A stretch of 64,000 nt of DNA, from IMG/VR virus record IMGVR_UViG_3300010413_000010, positions 1 to 64,000 of that record; one strand, given 5' to 3'. The position numbers were made by a program, and so were the translations under genes. The notes beneath the pieces were generated by a model. It ran no database searches. It saw only the letters and a list, made by a program, of their open reading frames with translations, and had not been told where the DNA came from. Below are positions 16,398 to 26,774 of this stretch, one piece after another (positions within the stretch are counted from its first letter, which is position 1; every line of letters starts with the position of its first letter). This DNA is from a virus.

Positions 16398-17936
16398 ATG
16401 GACATTAAATTTTTCCCAACGCAATACGAAGCGTTAACAACGGAGGGAAATGAAGTTTTCTTCGGCGGAGCAGTCGGTGGCGGAAAATCTTTTTTGCTTA
16501 GATATGCCGCTATTTTGTTTGCTTTATACATACCGGGGCTACAAGTAGTCCTCGTGAGGCGGCGCTATCGTGATTTAAATTTAAATCACCTACACGGACC
16601 AGAAGGCCTCCTAGCTATTCTGGAACCTTTTACGAAGGCAGGGTTATGTAAGATTAACCTGTCAGACCTTCGCGTGGACTTCCCTCACCCAGGTGATAAA
16701 ACAAGTCAAATACATTTGAAGCATTATCAACATGAGAAAGATTATGTAGGGTTTCAGGGACAAGAAATCCATCTTTTACTCATAGATGAGCTAACTCACC
16801 TTACAGAGAAAATGTATACATATCTGCTTACTCGTCTTCGCCTCGGTTCTTTTGAGATTGATTACGAGGAAGTGCGGAAACATCTTCCTTTTGTATATGA
16901 TGACTTCTTCCCACGAATTCTTGCAGGATCAAACCCTGGTTCCATAGGGGCACGGTTTGTAAAACGGAGATGGATTGATCCGGCGCCGCCGAAGAAAGTC
17001 TGGAAAGCTCCTGCAGCCGAAGGCGGAATGAATCGCGTCTTCATTCCATCCAAAATCACAGACAACGTTTACATAATGAAAGAGGACCCTGGATACATTA
17101 ACCGTGTAAGAGCCGTTGGCGGTGCTACCGCTGATGCTCTGCTGAATGGTAAATGGGACATCACAGAAGGTGCAGCCCTCGGTGATATCTGGGACGAAGA
17201 TATTCATGTAATCCCTCCTCTCAAAATACCCGACAATGCCACAATCTACCGGAGTATGGACTGGGGAACTTTTCATCCCTCTGTTGTTCTATACACCATG
17301 GAGACTGCAGGGGAGGAATTAGAAACGGTTACTGGCGAGAAACTTATCTTTCCGCCCCGTTCTCTTATTGTCATCCATGAAATCTATAACTGGGACGGCC
17401 AAGACGAAAACGCCGGTAACCGTCTTCCTGCAACTGAAGTAGGAAGACAGATGGCCGACTTTGAAGCGGCCGTACCTTGGCGAGACAATATCCGGGTTGG
17501 ACCTGCTGATGTGCAGATTTTTCAGCAGCGTGGGGGGTCTCACGTCACCATCGATGACCTTCTACGCGAAGGGTACAACGCAAGAATGCAGGAGATCGCC
17601 CGAAACGATTCAACTTATAAGTGGCGGTATGACGCTCATGTTCTTTTTGAGAAGGCAGATCAGTCCTCCGGGTCGCGCGTAACAGGCCTAGGTCTAATGC
17701 GTGATTTTATGCAGGGCTCTATTGACTACTTCCACAAGGGAGAGGAATGGAGAGGTCTATATTTTGTTAACACCGCCCGACACTGCATTGCCACAATACC
17801 TGACCTTCCTCGGTCAGAAACGAAACCGGAGGATGTTGAAACCAAAGATGTTCCTGATCACGCATATGACGCCATTAGATACATGGTGATGTCTCAGGCT
17901 GGTGAGTTTCAACAACTCGAAGTACGAGGTTTATAA
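16398..17936 (+). CDS. terL: terminase large subunit
   Basis: Walker A FGGAVGGGKS, Walker B LLLIDELTH, GSNPG, nuclease SMDWG and DHAYDAIRY. Confidence 0.95.
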   Translation: MDIKFFPTQYEALTTEGNEVFFGGAVGGGKSFLLRYAAILFALYIPGLQVVLVRRRYRDLNLNHLHGPEGLLAILEPFTKAGLCKINLSDLRVDFPHPGDKTSQIHLKHYQHEKDYVGFQGQEIHLLLIDELTHLTEKMYTYLLTRLRLGSFEIDYEEVRKHLPFVYDDFFPRILAGSNPGSIGARFVKRRWIDPAPPKKVWKAPAAEGGMNRVFIPSKITDNVYIMKEDPGYINRVRAVGGATADALLNGKWDITEGAALGDIWDEDIHVIPPLKIPDNATIYRSMDWGTFHPSVVLYTMETAGEELETVTGEKLIFPPRSLIVIHEIYNWDGQDENAGNRLPATEVGRQMADFEAAVPWRDNIRVGPADVQIFQQRGGSHVTIDDLLREGYNARMQEIARNDSTYKWRYDAHVLFEKADQSSGSRVTGLGLMRDFMQGSIDYFHKGEEWRGLYFVNTARHCIATIPDLPRSETKPEDVETKDVPDHAYDAIRYMVMSQAGEFQQLEVRGL

Positions 17937-19636
17937 TGGGTCTTGAATTACTAGACAATTTGAAAGTTGGAGATGAGGTAGACTTCGACATATGGGCAGT
18001 TCACCCTGATTACAGCGATATGGCAGATGAATGGCAGAAATGCCGGGACTGCTATATCGGAGAACGGGCTGTTAAGGCAGCCAAGCTAGACGACAACAGC
18101 CTCCCAGGAACACGGTATCTACCTTCTTTAACCGAACAGACTACGGCTGAATATAATGCTTATCGAGATCGTGCGCAGTGGTACGGGGCCACCTCACGTA
18201 CAGTTGATGCTTACTTAGGTATGATTTTCAGGAAGCCGGTGAGCTTCAGAGCCCGGCACGACGACAACGAAGACAAAGAGCTGGATAAATTCATCGAAAA
18301 GTACCTCGACTCAATGGCAGTCGATGGGAAGAACATGAATGAATTCAGCCATGAGGTAACAGAAGAAATCATTGTTACCAATCGAGTAGGTATTTTAATT
18401 GACGCCCCTGAAAGCGGAGATTTGCCTCCGACTCTGGCAGAAATTGAAGCTAAGGGGATTTTCCCTCGTTTATCTCTCTACAAGACGGAATCGATTATTA
18501 ACTGGCATATCGTTCAGGAAAAGGGGAAAGATATTCCTGTCCTCTTTGTTCTGTACGAGCCAGAGGAGATGTTCGAAACCGATACGTTACGGACAACTCT
18601 GATTGATTCATTTCGGGTACTGTACTTGGAGAACTGGGAAACTCCTGGATTACGACGGTACAAACAGATACGGTTTCGTGTCCTTTCCGACAGGCATGGC
18701 CGGAAAGAAAAGTTAGAGGTCAGCTCAGTTGCTTATCCCTCTGTACTGGGAAAACCACTGGACCATATTCCGTTTTATATTTTGACCGATCAAGGGCTTG
18801 ATTACAAGCGGATTAGGCCACCGATGATATCCCCGCTTTCTACTGTGAATATTGGCCATTATCGCAACTCAGCTGACCTCGAACACGAGTGTCATATGGT
18901 GGCCCTGAAAACTCTAGTTTTCCCTGGCTGGGACAGGAAGACCTATGGGAACCCGAAAGTTGGTGGAGCGATGGCTGTCCCGAAAGACTGCGTTGTGCAA
19001 CTTTTAGAGCCTTCTAGTGATTCGTCGATCAGAGACGAGATGGTGTTGAAGGAAGCCAGGCTCGCGGTTCTAGGAGCCGAACGTATATCACAGAAACAAA
19101 GATACCTACCTTCAGCTAGTGTTGCTGAGATTACCGCTTCTGCCGAAGCCTCAGTAATTCAGAACTTCCTGACATCCTTAAATCTCGCCATGAATACTGT
19201 GGTCACTGCTGCCATTGCATGGGCGAAACCTACATGGCCGGAATGGGAAGATGGTGAGCTGAATGTTCAGTGCATTATTAACACCGACCTTGCGGACAAT
19301 GCGCTCACAGGGGCCGACTTAGTTAACTTCATCAAAGCCTACCAGCAGGGCGGTATCAGCCTAGATACTCTCTACTACAACTTGGAACGCCGGGAAATCT
19401 ATCCCGCCGGTTGGAGCAAAGAGAAGGAAATTGAGAGTCTCCATAAGACCAGAGACCTTATTCTGGATGCAGCTATGGAGAAAATTGTCAACGGAGAAAC
19501 TGAAAATCCCTATTTCCCCCAGACAGAGACTGATGATAAATCAAGCTCCGGGGACAAGCAAACCTCTTCGGAGGGAAGAGGGGATGACCAGTCCGTTCAG
19601 GCTATCGGTACGAAGGCCAGAGTTAGGCGGTCATAA
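17936..19636 (+). CDS. portal protein (DUF4055 type)
   Basis: HPDY..WQKCRD...YLP....Y..Y..RA..Y..T.RT....GMIFRK; NIGHYRNSADLEH; follows TerL. Confidence 0.9.
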   Translation: MGLELLDNLKVGDEVDFDIWAVHPDYSDMADEWQKCRDCYIGERAVKAAKLDDNSLPGTRYLPSLTEQTTAEYNAYRDRAQWYGATSRTVDAYLGMIFRKPVSFRARHDDNEDKELDKFIEKYLDSMAVDGKNMNEFSHEVTEEIIVTNRVGILIDAPESGDLPPTLAEIEAKGIFPRLSLYKTESIINWHIVQEKGKDIPVLFVLYEPEEMFETDTLRTTLIDSFRVLYLENWETPGLRRYKQIRFRVLSDRHGRKEKLEVSSVAYPSVLGKPLDHIPFYILTDQGLDYKRIRPPMISPLSTVNIGHYRNSADLEHECHMVALKTLVFPGWDRKTYGNPKVGGAMAVPKDCVVQLLEPSSDSSIRDEMVLKEARLAVLGAERISQKQRYLPSASVAEITASAEASVIQNFLTSLNLAMNTVVTAAIAWAKPTWPEWEDGELNVQCIINTDLADNALTGADLVNFIKAYQQGGISLDTLYYNLERREIYPAGWSKEKEIESLHKTRDLILDAAMEKIVNGETENPYFPQTETDDKSSSGDKQTSSEGRGDDQSVQAIGTKARVRRS

Positions 19637-20604
19637 TGACTAAAACCGAGGAGCTACTTGAGAAGACAATAGCCCTCGATGTTCTACGAGACCAAGTGTC
19701 TGAAGATTTCTATCAGACACTTCTTGTAGCGTATCAGCGGTTAATCAGGCGGGTTTCTCGGATATTATCCCCCGAGTTCGGGGTTGAGTTGACGTTATCC
19801 GAGAGACGGATAATCAAGAAAGAAGTCGCTGAAGAGATCAAACTTTACCGGGAAGAGCTTACTTATTTGGCAGAAAGCAACTTGGAGGAATTCGTCGGCA
19901 CTTTCTACGGGACCGAAAAGAGTATTGCTAATGAGGTAAAAGAAGAAGACTACAAGGACAAAGCTGGTCTGTTCACTGGCTTCCTTACTAAATACCACGC
20001 TATAGAACGCGGAAAAGTTGTGCAGATTGAGGCATTACTAAAAGCGCATATTGCGCTCCTCACCAGCGATCTTGAACAATTGATCAATAGGACTGGGGTG
20101 GTTGTAGAAGATGAACCTGTGGTCAAGACCTACTTTTCCCAGGCAGCTTTAAAAAATCAGAACAACCTCAATTCTATTGCACTGACTGCTGTTGCTATGG
20201 CAGCGGCTCATGCAAGACAGATGTTCCTGAAAGCGAATAAGAAGTATTTTCGCGGGTATCAATGGGTCAGTATTTTGGATGGGAAAACGTCTGACTACTG
20301 TCAGTTCCGGCACCTTAAAGTTTGGTACTGGGATGATCCAGAAAAATCTACTCTCCCTGCTGAAGAGTATCCTCCAGGGCATTACCGTTGTCGATCTGGC
20401 ACGGCTTCCATCTTCAAGGGAGAGGAGGCTGTACAGACTCCGACCTATGCCGAGTGGCTCGAAAGACAACCGGAAGAGCTCCAGAAAGAAATTTTAGGTG
20501 TTCGCCGGTTTGCGCTCTATAAAGCAGGGAAACTCGATTTGGCGGATTTACATACTGTTTCAGGGCAGCGCCGGACTATTTCGGACTTAAAAAAGCTGTT
20601 TTGA
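19636..20604 (+). CDS. minor head morphogenesis protein (SPP1 gp7/Mu F-like)
   Basis: YQWVSILDGKTSDYC, PPGHYRCRS, TYAEWLERQP. Confidence 0.85.
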   Translation: MTKTEELLEKTIALDVLRDQVSEDFYQTLLVAYQRLIRRVSRILSPEFGVELTLSERRIIKKEVAEEIKLYREELTYLAESNLEEFVGTFYGTEKSIANEVKEEDYKDKAGLFTGFLTKYHAIERGKVVQIEALLKAHIALLTSDLEQLINRTGVVVEDEPVVKTYFSQAALKNQNNLNSIALTAVAMAAAHARQMFLKANKKYFRGYQWVSILDGKTSDYCQFRHLKVWYWDDPEKSTLPAEEYPPGHYRCRSGTASIFKGEEAVQTPTYAEWLERQPEELQKEILGVRRFALYKAGKLDLADLHTVSGQRRTISDLKKLF

Positions 20605-20613
20605 ACAGGGTGT

Positions 20614-20641
20614 CACGCGCAAAATGAGAAAATGTTATAAT
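20614..20641 (+). promoter_or_regulatory. putative late promoter (scaffold-capsid operon)
   Basis: CACG-N10-GAAAATGTTATAAT. Confidence 0.6.
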
Positions 20642-20772
20642 TCGTTTCAGTTTATAACTATACACATCTAACGCCTCTTTTCATGTGTCGGTGACCGTGA
20701 TCTGCAGGTAACACTACCCCGGCCCGAGGCCGGAAATCCAACTTACATATTTACCAGAGGTAAAGACCTACT

Positions 20773-21540
20773 ATGACTCTTGACGAATTGAGAGCACTGA
20801 TACGTGCTCAGATTGAAAAATCCATCTCAGAAGAGGCGGAAATCTCTTGGGGCGAGATTGATTCGGCGATAAAAAAAGTCGTTGACGCATCGATCTCAGG
20901 TGTAATCGAAAATCGGGACAAGATTCTCGGAGAGAAGAAAACCCTTAAAGAGAAAACCGATGAGCTTGAAGCAAAAGTGAAAGCCATCGAGGATGCCGGT
21001 ATTACCGTAGAATCCTATAACGAACTTAAAGCAAAAGTCGAAGCCGGAGGTTCCAGTGGAGACGCTGATCACCCCGACATTATTGCGGTTCAAAAAGAAT
21101 ATTACGAGAAAGGCCGGAAGGCAATGGAGCAGGAGCTCAAGCCGACCATCCAGGCTCTTACTACCGAGAAAGATAGTCTCGAAAAGACTACAACCGAACT
21201 TAAAACCAAGCATGTCAATTCACTCAAGGACTCGGAGCTCAACCGAGCAATTAGTGAGCTTCGTGTAGAAGCTGATCCTTTTTGGTTCAAAGGCTTCGCT
21301 GCTTCCGCTTCTGTGGAATACAACGAAATCGAGGACCGAGTTGATATTGAACTTCCCAACCCCATTGACCCGTCTCAGCGTGTCCCTCTGAAAGACTGGA
21401 AGAAACTCTTCAAAGTCTCCGACGAAGGAAAAAAGCGCATCCGGGTGGATATTTCTGGTGGTGGAGCTGGGGGGTCAAACGGAAAGGGTGGACAGAAATC
21501 CCAGACATTAGCTCAGGAAATCAACTCAATGTTCACCTAA
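20773..21540 (+). CDS. head scaffolding protein
   Basis: Coiled coil, NRDKILGEKK, SGGGAGGS tail; directly before the capsid gene. Confidence 0.8.
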   Translation: MTLDELRALIRAQIEKSISEEAEISWGEIDSAIKKVVDASISGVIENRDKILGEKKTLKEKTDELEAKVKAIEDAGITVESYNELKAKVEAGGSSGDADHPDIIAVQKEYYEKGRKAMEQELKPTIQALTTEKDSLEKTTTELKTKHVNSLKDSELNRAISELRVEADPFWFKGFAASASVEYNEIEDRVDIELPNPIDPSQRVPLKDWKKLFKVSDEGKKRIRVDISGGGAGGSNGKGGQKSQTLAQEINSMFT

Positions 21541-21572
21541 GAAACTAACCCTTACCATTTTGGAGGAAATCT

Positions 21573-22550
21573 ATGTCTCTCAAAAATACCTTTAGAGAGC
21601 TTGCGATTGCTAACGCTGACAAACAGCGTGATATCGTAGACCCCATTCTTGAAGAGGCTCCCATCCTGGGCTTTACCCCCATGCAGGAGACCTCCGCTGG
21701 TCTGAACCACAACTTTGAAAGGCTGCTCTCCGTGACCGGCCCCGGCGTGGTTGACCTGGACGCCGAACTTCCTCAGATCGGCTCCGAAACTGAGCTGGAC
21801 AGTGTAACTCTCCAGTTAATCGGTGGACTGATTGAAGCCGGTGAGGATAAACTAAGAACATTAGGCATGACTCCCGGCGAATACTTCGCCAACAAAATCC
21901 AACCGGCTATCAAGTACTCTGCAATGAGTTCGGAACAGGCCATGCTCTATAATGTCCTTCGGGCTGGCGCGATCCAGGCTCGTACCGACGCAGTTCTCCC
22001 CGAGGCTGCTGATCATGCGCTTGACGCTGGTGGTGATGCTACTGCAAATAAGTATAGCATTATCGCTGTCAAGTGGGAACGCGACAACTGTCAGGGGCTC
22101 TATAACCCCTCCGGCTGGAGCAATGGAAAGATGTTTGACATTTCCCCCATTAACGGCGGAAACAAATACTTCCTGAAGGAGTCTGCCGGTAAAGTTCTTG
22201 GATACGGTATGCGTGTGAAATCTGACATCGGGTTTCTGCTTGCTAATCCCCGGAATGTTGCGACCATCGTTAACATAGACATGTCTGATGCTGATCCTGC
22301 GAACTGGAAGATTCCTACTCGCTACCAGCTCGACGATGTTCTGGCCGCGATTCGTGCCAACATGGGGGGTAACACTATGCTACTTATGCACCCCAAAGTC
22401 AAAGGCGCTCTCACTGCTATGAAGGAAGAGAAAGTGACTCTTTCTCTCGGTGATAACAACATCGATTATACCTTCGATGCCTGGAACGGTGTCCCGATGA
22501 TCACATCCTACAACTTCCTGCAGGGTGCTGAAGCCCAGGTGACCTTCTAA
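21573..22550 (+). CDS. major capsid protein (HK97 fold, epsilon15 gp7/BPP-1-like)
   Basis: 325 aa; IVDPILEE.PIL..PM, SIIAVKW....GLY, NPRNVATIVNID, WNGVPM; strong SD. Confidence 0.85.
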   Translation: MSLKNTFRELAIANADKQRDIVDPILEEAPILGFTPMQETSAGLNHNFERLLSVTGPGVVDLDAELPQIGSETELDSVTLQLIGGLIEAGEDKLRTLGMTPGEYFANKIQPAIKYSAMSSEQAMLYNVLRAGAIQARTDAVLPEAADHALDAGGDATANKYSIIAVKWERDNCQGLYNPSGWSNGKMFDISPINGGNKYFLKESAGKVLGYGMRVKSDIGFLLANPRNVATIVNIDMSDADPANWKIPTRYQLDDVLAAIRANMGGNTMLLMHPKVKGALTAMKEEKVTLSLGDNNIDYTFDAWNGVPMITSYNFLQGAEAQVTF

Positions 22551-22569
22551 GGGCACTTGCCATCAATAG

Positions 22570-22588
22570 CCCCGGCTTGACCGGGGCA
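22570..22588 (+). terminator. GC hairpin after the capsid gene
   Basis: GCCCCGG-CTTGA-CCGGGGC; weak U tract, so possibly a stability element. Confidence 0.45.
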
Positions 22589-22619
22589 ACCCTTTAATCC
22601 AATAACTAGGAGATTAACC

Positions 22620-22997
22620 ATGTCTAAAGACATCGCTACTCGGCTCTTCAAAGAGCCTTATAGGTCCGCCCAGGATATGATTTTCGACGGTGTAACCGTA
22701 CCTGACGGCGCTGCTGTAACCAGTGAAGCCGTCCTTGTCGGTAAAACCCTCGCTGGTCTTGAGCTGGACTTTCTCGCCGATGCTGCCGTTGCTGGTGACA
22801 TCACCATTGCCATCTCCGGGGACGACTTTACCACTTCCCTGGTTGTGTTCGACAATACCGTCGCGGCTGCGGCCGATGATGTATTCGCTCGGGTAATCCT
22901 GCCCAATGACCTTCCCAGTGAGCTCAAAGTTCGTGTAACTGGATCGGTCGGCGCTACCGGAACTTTTTCCGCCTACCCTGTTTACATCGCTGAGTAA
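22620..22997 (+). CDS. capsid cement/decoration protein (Bbp16-like)
   Basis: 125-aa beta-rich protein right after the capsid gene; strong SD. Confidence 0.65.
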   Translation: MSKDIATRLFKEPYRSAQDMIFDGVTVPDGAAVTSEAVLVGKTLAGLELDFLADAAVAGDITIAISGDDFTTSLVVFDNTVAAAADDVFARVILPNDLPSELKVRVTGSVGATGTFSAYPVYIAE

Positions 22998-23009
22998 GAG
23001 AGGCCGTAG

Positions 23010-23306
23010 ATGAGTACCTTTCTGGACATACAAACCGGAAGGTTCTTTAACACTCGTGCCGAGCTCTTGGCATTTCAGAGAGGGGAGGCTAAAGCTTCCC
23101 CTCTTTCTGTCTCTGAGGAAAAGGTCGAGGTTAAAGAACCCGAAGAGAAGAAAGAAGTCAAAGTTGATGAAACTGGGACTATTACTGTAACTCTCTCCGT
23201 GGAGGAGATGAAAGCACGGTTGAAAGAAATCGGTGTAGACGGGCGAAGCCTTGGTAAGAAAGATGACGAAGGCATCGCCAAGATGTACGCAGCGAAGTTC
23301 AGTTAA
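23010..23306 (+). CDS. small head-associated protein
   Basis: Position; C-terminal HeH/LEM-like EEMKARLKEIGV. Confidence 0.55.
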   Translation: MSTFLDIQTGRFFNTRAELLAFQRGEAKASPLSVSEEKVEVKEPEEKKEVKVDETGTITVTLSVEEMKARLKEIGVDGRSLGKKDDEGIAKMYAAKFS

Positions 23307-23319
23307 GTGAGGGTAGGTT

Positions 23320-23859
23320 ATGCCAGCGTTCGCACATGAAGACGGAACTGGATTAGCTACGGCGAATTCATATGTCGACCTTGATACATTCAAAGATTTT
23401 GCGGACACGTTTGGCTATGACTACTCATCCCTGACGGATACGCAAATTGAAACTCTTTTAATACGAGCGACAATGGTACTTGATGCCAAGTATCGCTCTG
23501 ACTTCCCCGGCGAACGGCAGGTCGTAGGTCAAGCATTAGAATGGCCTCGATCTAACGCGGTCTATGTAGACGGGGAGGAGATCGCTGAGAGCATTGTACC
23601 GAAAGAAGTACAGATAGCTTTGACTGAGATGTTCTATGTGATCCAATCTGGACAAACTGTCCAGCCAATCATTAGCTCTACAGGCTCCTTAGAACTTGAA
23701 CGAGTTCGTATTGAAGGTGCTGTGGAGGAAGAAAAAAGATACAGTTCTTCTGGTGCTGTCCGAGATATTTACACAACTGTCACTGACGCACTGTCCCGTA
23801 TCACCGGAGGGATGGAAGGTTATTACGACCTTAAAATCATCCGAGTCGGAGGTGGTTAA
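23320..23859 (+). CDS. head-tail adaptor (DnaT-like family)
   Basis: EDGTGLATANSYVD, QALEWPR, VPKEVQIA. Confidence 0.85.
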   Translation: MPAFAHEDGTGLATANSYVDLDTFKDFADTFGYDYSSLTDTQIETLLIRATMVLDAKYRSDFPGERQVVGQALEWPRSNAVYVDGEEIAESIVPKEVQIALTEMFYVIQSGQTVQPIISSTGSLELERVRIEGAVEEEKRYSSSGAVRDIYTTVTDALSRITGGMEGYYDLKIIRVGGG

Positions 23860-24275
23860 TGGCGTACGATTATGCCCGTCTTCGGGACGAGGTTGCACAA
23901 CCACTTATTGAGAACTACGGGACAGCACTTCTATTACACCGTATTGAAGATACAACTGAATATGTGAAGCATTACGATCCAGTCACAATGACCTACTACT
24001 GGGAAGAAGTGAGTACTGGAGATCGAATTGATACGGAACCTCTCCCTGTTCAACAAACATACACGGGCTCCTGCGTTATCCAGAGATACCGCACTGACCA
24101 GATAGATGGTGTTATTGTACAGGCTGACGATTTACGCCTTGTAGCTGCCGGGATACCGAAGCCACAGGAAGGTGATGTTTATACCGTCGCTGGGGTTGAT
24201 TACCAGTTCGTTCGTGTTGATGCCGTCTCACCAGGCGCCGTAGATTTGATCTACAAGATACAGGTGAGGGTGTAA
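23859..24275 (+). CDS. head closure protein
   Basis: IDGVIVQADD, PG...IYKIQVR; position. Confidence 0.75.
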   Translation: MAYDYARLRDEVAQPLIENYGTALLLHRIEDTTEYVKHYDPVTMTYYWEEVSTGDRIDTEPLPVQQTYTGSCVIQRYRTDQIDGVIVQADDLRLVAAGIPKPQEGDVYTVAGVDYQFVRVDAVSPGAVDLIYKIQVRV

Positions 24276-24793
24276 TGGATGCCAACGAAGAAGCAATTAG
24301 AACTATTGACTTATTCATCGACTCTACAATGAAGCGATACAAATCGATCTTCAAGGCTTCTGCTAAGAAGATATCGATATACATAATCGATAATACGCCG
24401 ATCTACTTCGAAGAAGTAGACACCGCAGGTCGCACAAAAGCCAACTGGAACATCGCCCTGGATTCTCCCGACCTCTCTAATAACTTAGAGATGACAGACA
24501 GAACCGGTGATACGACAAAATCGAAAATACGCTCTGCAGTTCAGAGTATGAAATTGTCAAATGATTCCACCATCTACTTGGCGAATACAACACCGTGGAT
24601 TCTGATGCTGGAGTACGGGATGTACCCGAATCCTTCAAAGGGCTCTAGGAACCCTGTCACAGGGGATTTGGAAGTGCGTACAATTAACGGTTACTCCAAA
24701 CAAGCTCCTTATGGAATGGTCAGAATTAACGCTGCCCGTTGGCAGGAAATTGTAAGAGAAGAGGCTGCGCGAAAAGGCACCATTGTAGAATAA
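24275..24793 (+). CDS. tail completion/neck protein (HK97 gp10-like)
   Basis: TP..GRTKANW, LEYG, GYSKQAPYGMVR. Confidence 0.8.
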   Translation: MDANEEAIRTIDLFIDSTMKRYKSIFKASAKKISIYIIDNTPIYFEEVDTAGRTKANWNIALDSPDLSNNLEMTDRTGDTTKSKIRSAVQSMKLSNDSTIYLANTTPWILMLEYGMYPNPSKGSRNPVTGDLEVRTINGYSKQAPYGMVRINAARWQEIVREEAARKGTIVE

Positions 24794-24831
24794 ATCACAT
24801 ATGACATCTCCAATTTCTTATTGGAGATTTT

Positions 24832-25260
24832 ATGACAGCATTTGAGATCGAAAAGGCTTTAAATGCCCAACTAGTGCGGTATGCCACAGAGATTGCCAAT
24901 TCTATCGGTGTTGATAACATCGCTTGGGCAAACCACACCTACACCCCCGTCATTGATACTCCTTACATCATCCCCGATTTTATCGCAGCCATGACCCGTT
25001 CTGTCGGAGTAGGGCTGGGTACTCCGAACAGGGTGACTGGGTTTTATCAGCTTGACGTATTCACCCCCTCGAATCAGGGGAAGGGTGATCTTTTGAAAAT
25101 CGTAGATGATCTCCACGAGTACTTCAAACGTGGAACTTCTATCACACATGACGGCACGGAGGTGCGGATTACTAAGTTCCGGCCTGGACCCTCCTTTGAC
25201 AGAGAGGCATGGTTTGTTCAGACAATCCAGATCGATTTTCGTGCTGATCTCGAAAACTAA
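24832..25260 (+). CDS. tail terminator protein (DUF4128-like)
   Basis: IAWAN, GFYQLDVFTP, YFKRGT. Confidence 0.75.
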   Translation: MTAFEIEKALNAQLVRYATEIANSIGVDNIAWANHTYTPVIDTPYIIPDFIAAMTRSVGVGLGTPNRVTGFYQLDVFTPSNQGKGDLLKIVDDLHEYFKRGTSITHDGTEVRITKFRPGPSFDREAWFVQTIQIDFRADLEN

Positions 25261-25275
25261 ATTTGGAGGATTCTA

Positions 25276-26727
25276 ATGGCTTCTGGATCAAATCGATTCC
25301 TACAATATGCCAAACAGACCACTCCCCGAGAGCTCCCGACCCCTGCTACTTTTAAGCGGCTCAGGACTACCGGCGGCTCTGGTCTGGTCAATTCTCGGAC
25401 AAATATTACGTCCAATGAGATACGCTCTGACCGACAGATAGTTGAATCCCGCCTTGGGCAGAACCAGCCCGACGTTTCCATCCCGTTTGAGCTCTCCTTT
25501 GATTCGTTCGATGAACTTATCCAGGGGGCTATGGGTGGTGAATGGCAGGGCGGATACACTGTCGTAGGGAATGCTACTGCTACTGCTACCGGTCAGCTCA
25601 CAAAGACCACCGGGAACTGGACTGACGAAAAGATCGCTGTTGGTGATTATGTCCTGGTCAATGGTGGTACCGAATCCAACCTAGTCGGCGTCGTTGCCAG
25701 CGTTGTGACCAACGTACTGCAGATCAACGACCTGGGGGGTGGAGGTCTCACTATGTCTGCAGAGACTGCAGACTACACCCTGGTAACCGGGCATTACGCT
25801 GAAGCGGTTGCAACCACCCTCGATGTCGTAGCCTCGGCTGGGACTATTACTCGTGGTGCTGGAAGCTGGCTTACTCTCGGAGTAGAAGTGGGTGACAAAA
25901 TTATGTTCACCGGTTTCTCCTCGGGAGGTAATAACGGTTGGAAAGAAGTCACTGCAGTAGAGGCCCTTGTTCTTACCGTAGCTGAAACGATGGTAGATGA
26001 AAGTGCTGTAGCTGACGCTGTTACACTCATCACCTCCACTGGGTTTATCACTGTCGGAACTGGTCTTGATTACTTTGCAGTAGAAGAGGGCTTTACCGAT
26101 ATTACCACCGGCGTGGATATTGACGGACAAGCAATCGCTGCTGGAGCTTTCCATAACATCCTTGGGTGCTATGTTGGCTCTATGGCGCTGAACATCCAGC
26201 CTGACGCTGTATTAACCGGTGAGTTCGGTATGCAAGGTCTGGTCTACAGTGGTTTCAAAAATGCTACCGTTGCTACCGGCGTAGAAGAGTCTAATGTCAA
26301 TGGGGTCCTCGACTCCTTCACTGGAAATCTCTTTATACCCGATGCCCCTGAGATTCAGGGAGTTGTTACCGGTATGAATCTTACCTTGGACAATGGTCTT
26401 ACAAGACGCTTTGCTCTTATGGACCAGAATGCCCTCTCCATCGGGGACGGCCGTTCCAATGTAAACGGTACTCTGAACTGCTACTTTATGGACGCCTCTG
26501 TTTCTAACCTCTTCGAGAAAGAGCAGGAGTTTTCTCTTGCAATCAGAACTGAGGACCTTTCCGGTAACAGTTACACTTTCGGTTTCCCGAGAGTAAAACT
26601 GACCAGTGACGGTCGTGATGTAACCGAAAACGACGTGACACAGAATGTTGGATTCCAGGCGTTAGGTGGTGCGGCCACCGATGCTAAGAAAACCCTGTAC
26701 ATCCTACGTCAGCCTGTCGTCGGATAA
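25276..26727 (+). CDS. major tail tube protein with duplicated internal insertion
   Basis: SNEIRSDRQI, FELSFDSFDELIQGAM, YTFGFPRVK; 483 aa. Confidence 0.85.
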   Translation: MASGSNRFLQYAKQTTPRELPTPATFKRLRTTGGSGLVNSRTNITSNEIRSDRQIVESRLGQNQPDVSIPFELSFDSFDELIQGAMGGEWQGGYTVVGNATATATGQLTKTTGNWTDEKIAVGDYVLVNGGTESNLVGVVASVVTNVLQINDLGGGGLTMSAETADYTLVTGHYAEAVATTLDVVASAGTITRGAGSWLTLGVEVGDKIMFTGFSSGGNNGWKEVTAVEALVLTVAETMVDESAVADAVTLITSTGFITVGTGLDYFAVEEGFTDITTGVDIDGQAIAAGAFHNILGCYVGSMALNIQPDAVLTGEFGMQGLVYSGFKNATVATGVEESNVNGVLDSFTGNLFIPDAPEIQGVVTGMNLTLDNGLTRRFALMDQNALSIGDGRSNVNGTLNCYFMDASVSNLFEKEQEFSLAIRTEDLSGNSYTFGFPRVKLTSDGRDVTENDVTQNVGFQALGGAATDAKKTLYILRQPVVG

Positions 26728-26745
26728 AACAACCAGGCACAATAA

Positions 26746-26774
26746 CAGCCCCTCAGACCGAGGGGCTGACTTTT
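26746..26774 (+). terminator. intrinsic terminator after tail tube gene
   Basis: CAGCCCCTC-AGACC-GAGGGGCTG followed by ACTTTT. Confidence 0.6.

Noticed and set aside
22614-23408. 264-aa antisense ORF and similar shadow ORFs (e.g. 51490..52164, 12589..13164, 25681..26154)
   Set aside because: Antisense to well-supported genes, with no RBS or recognisable motifs
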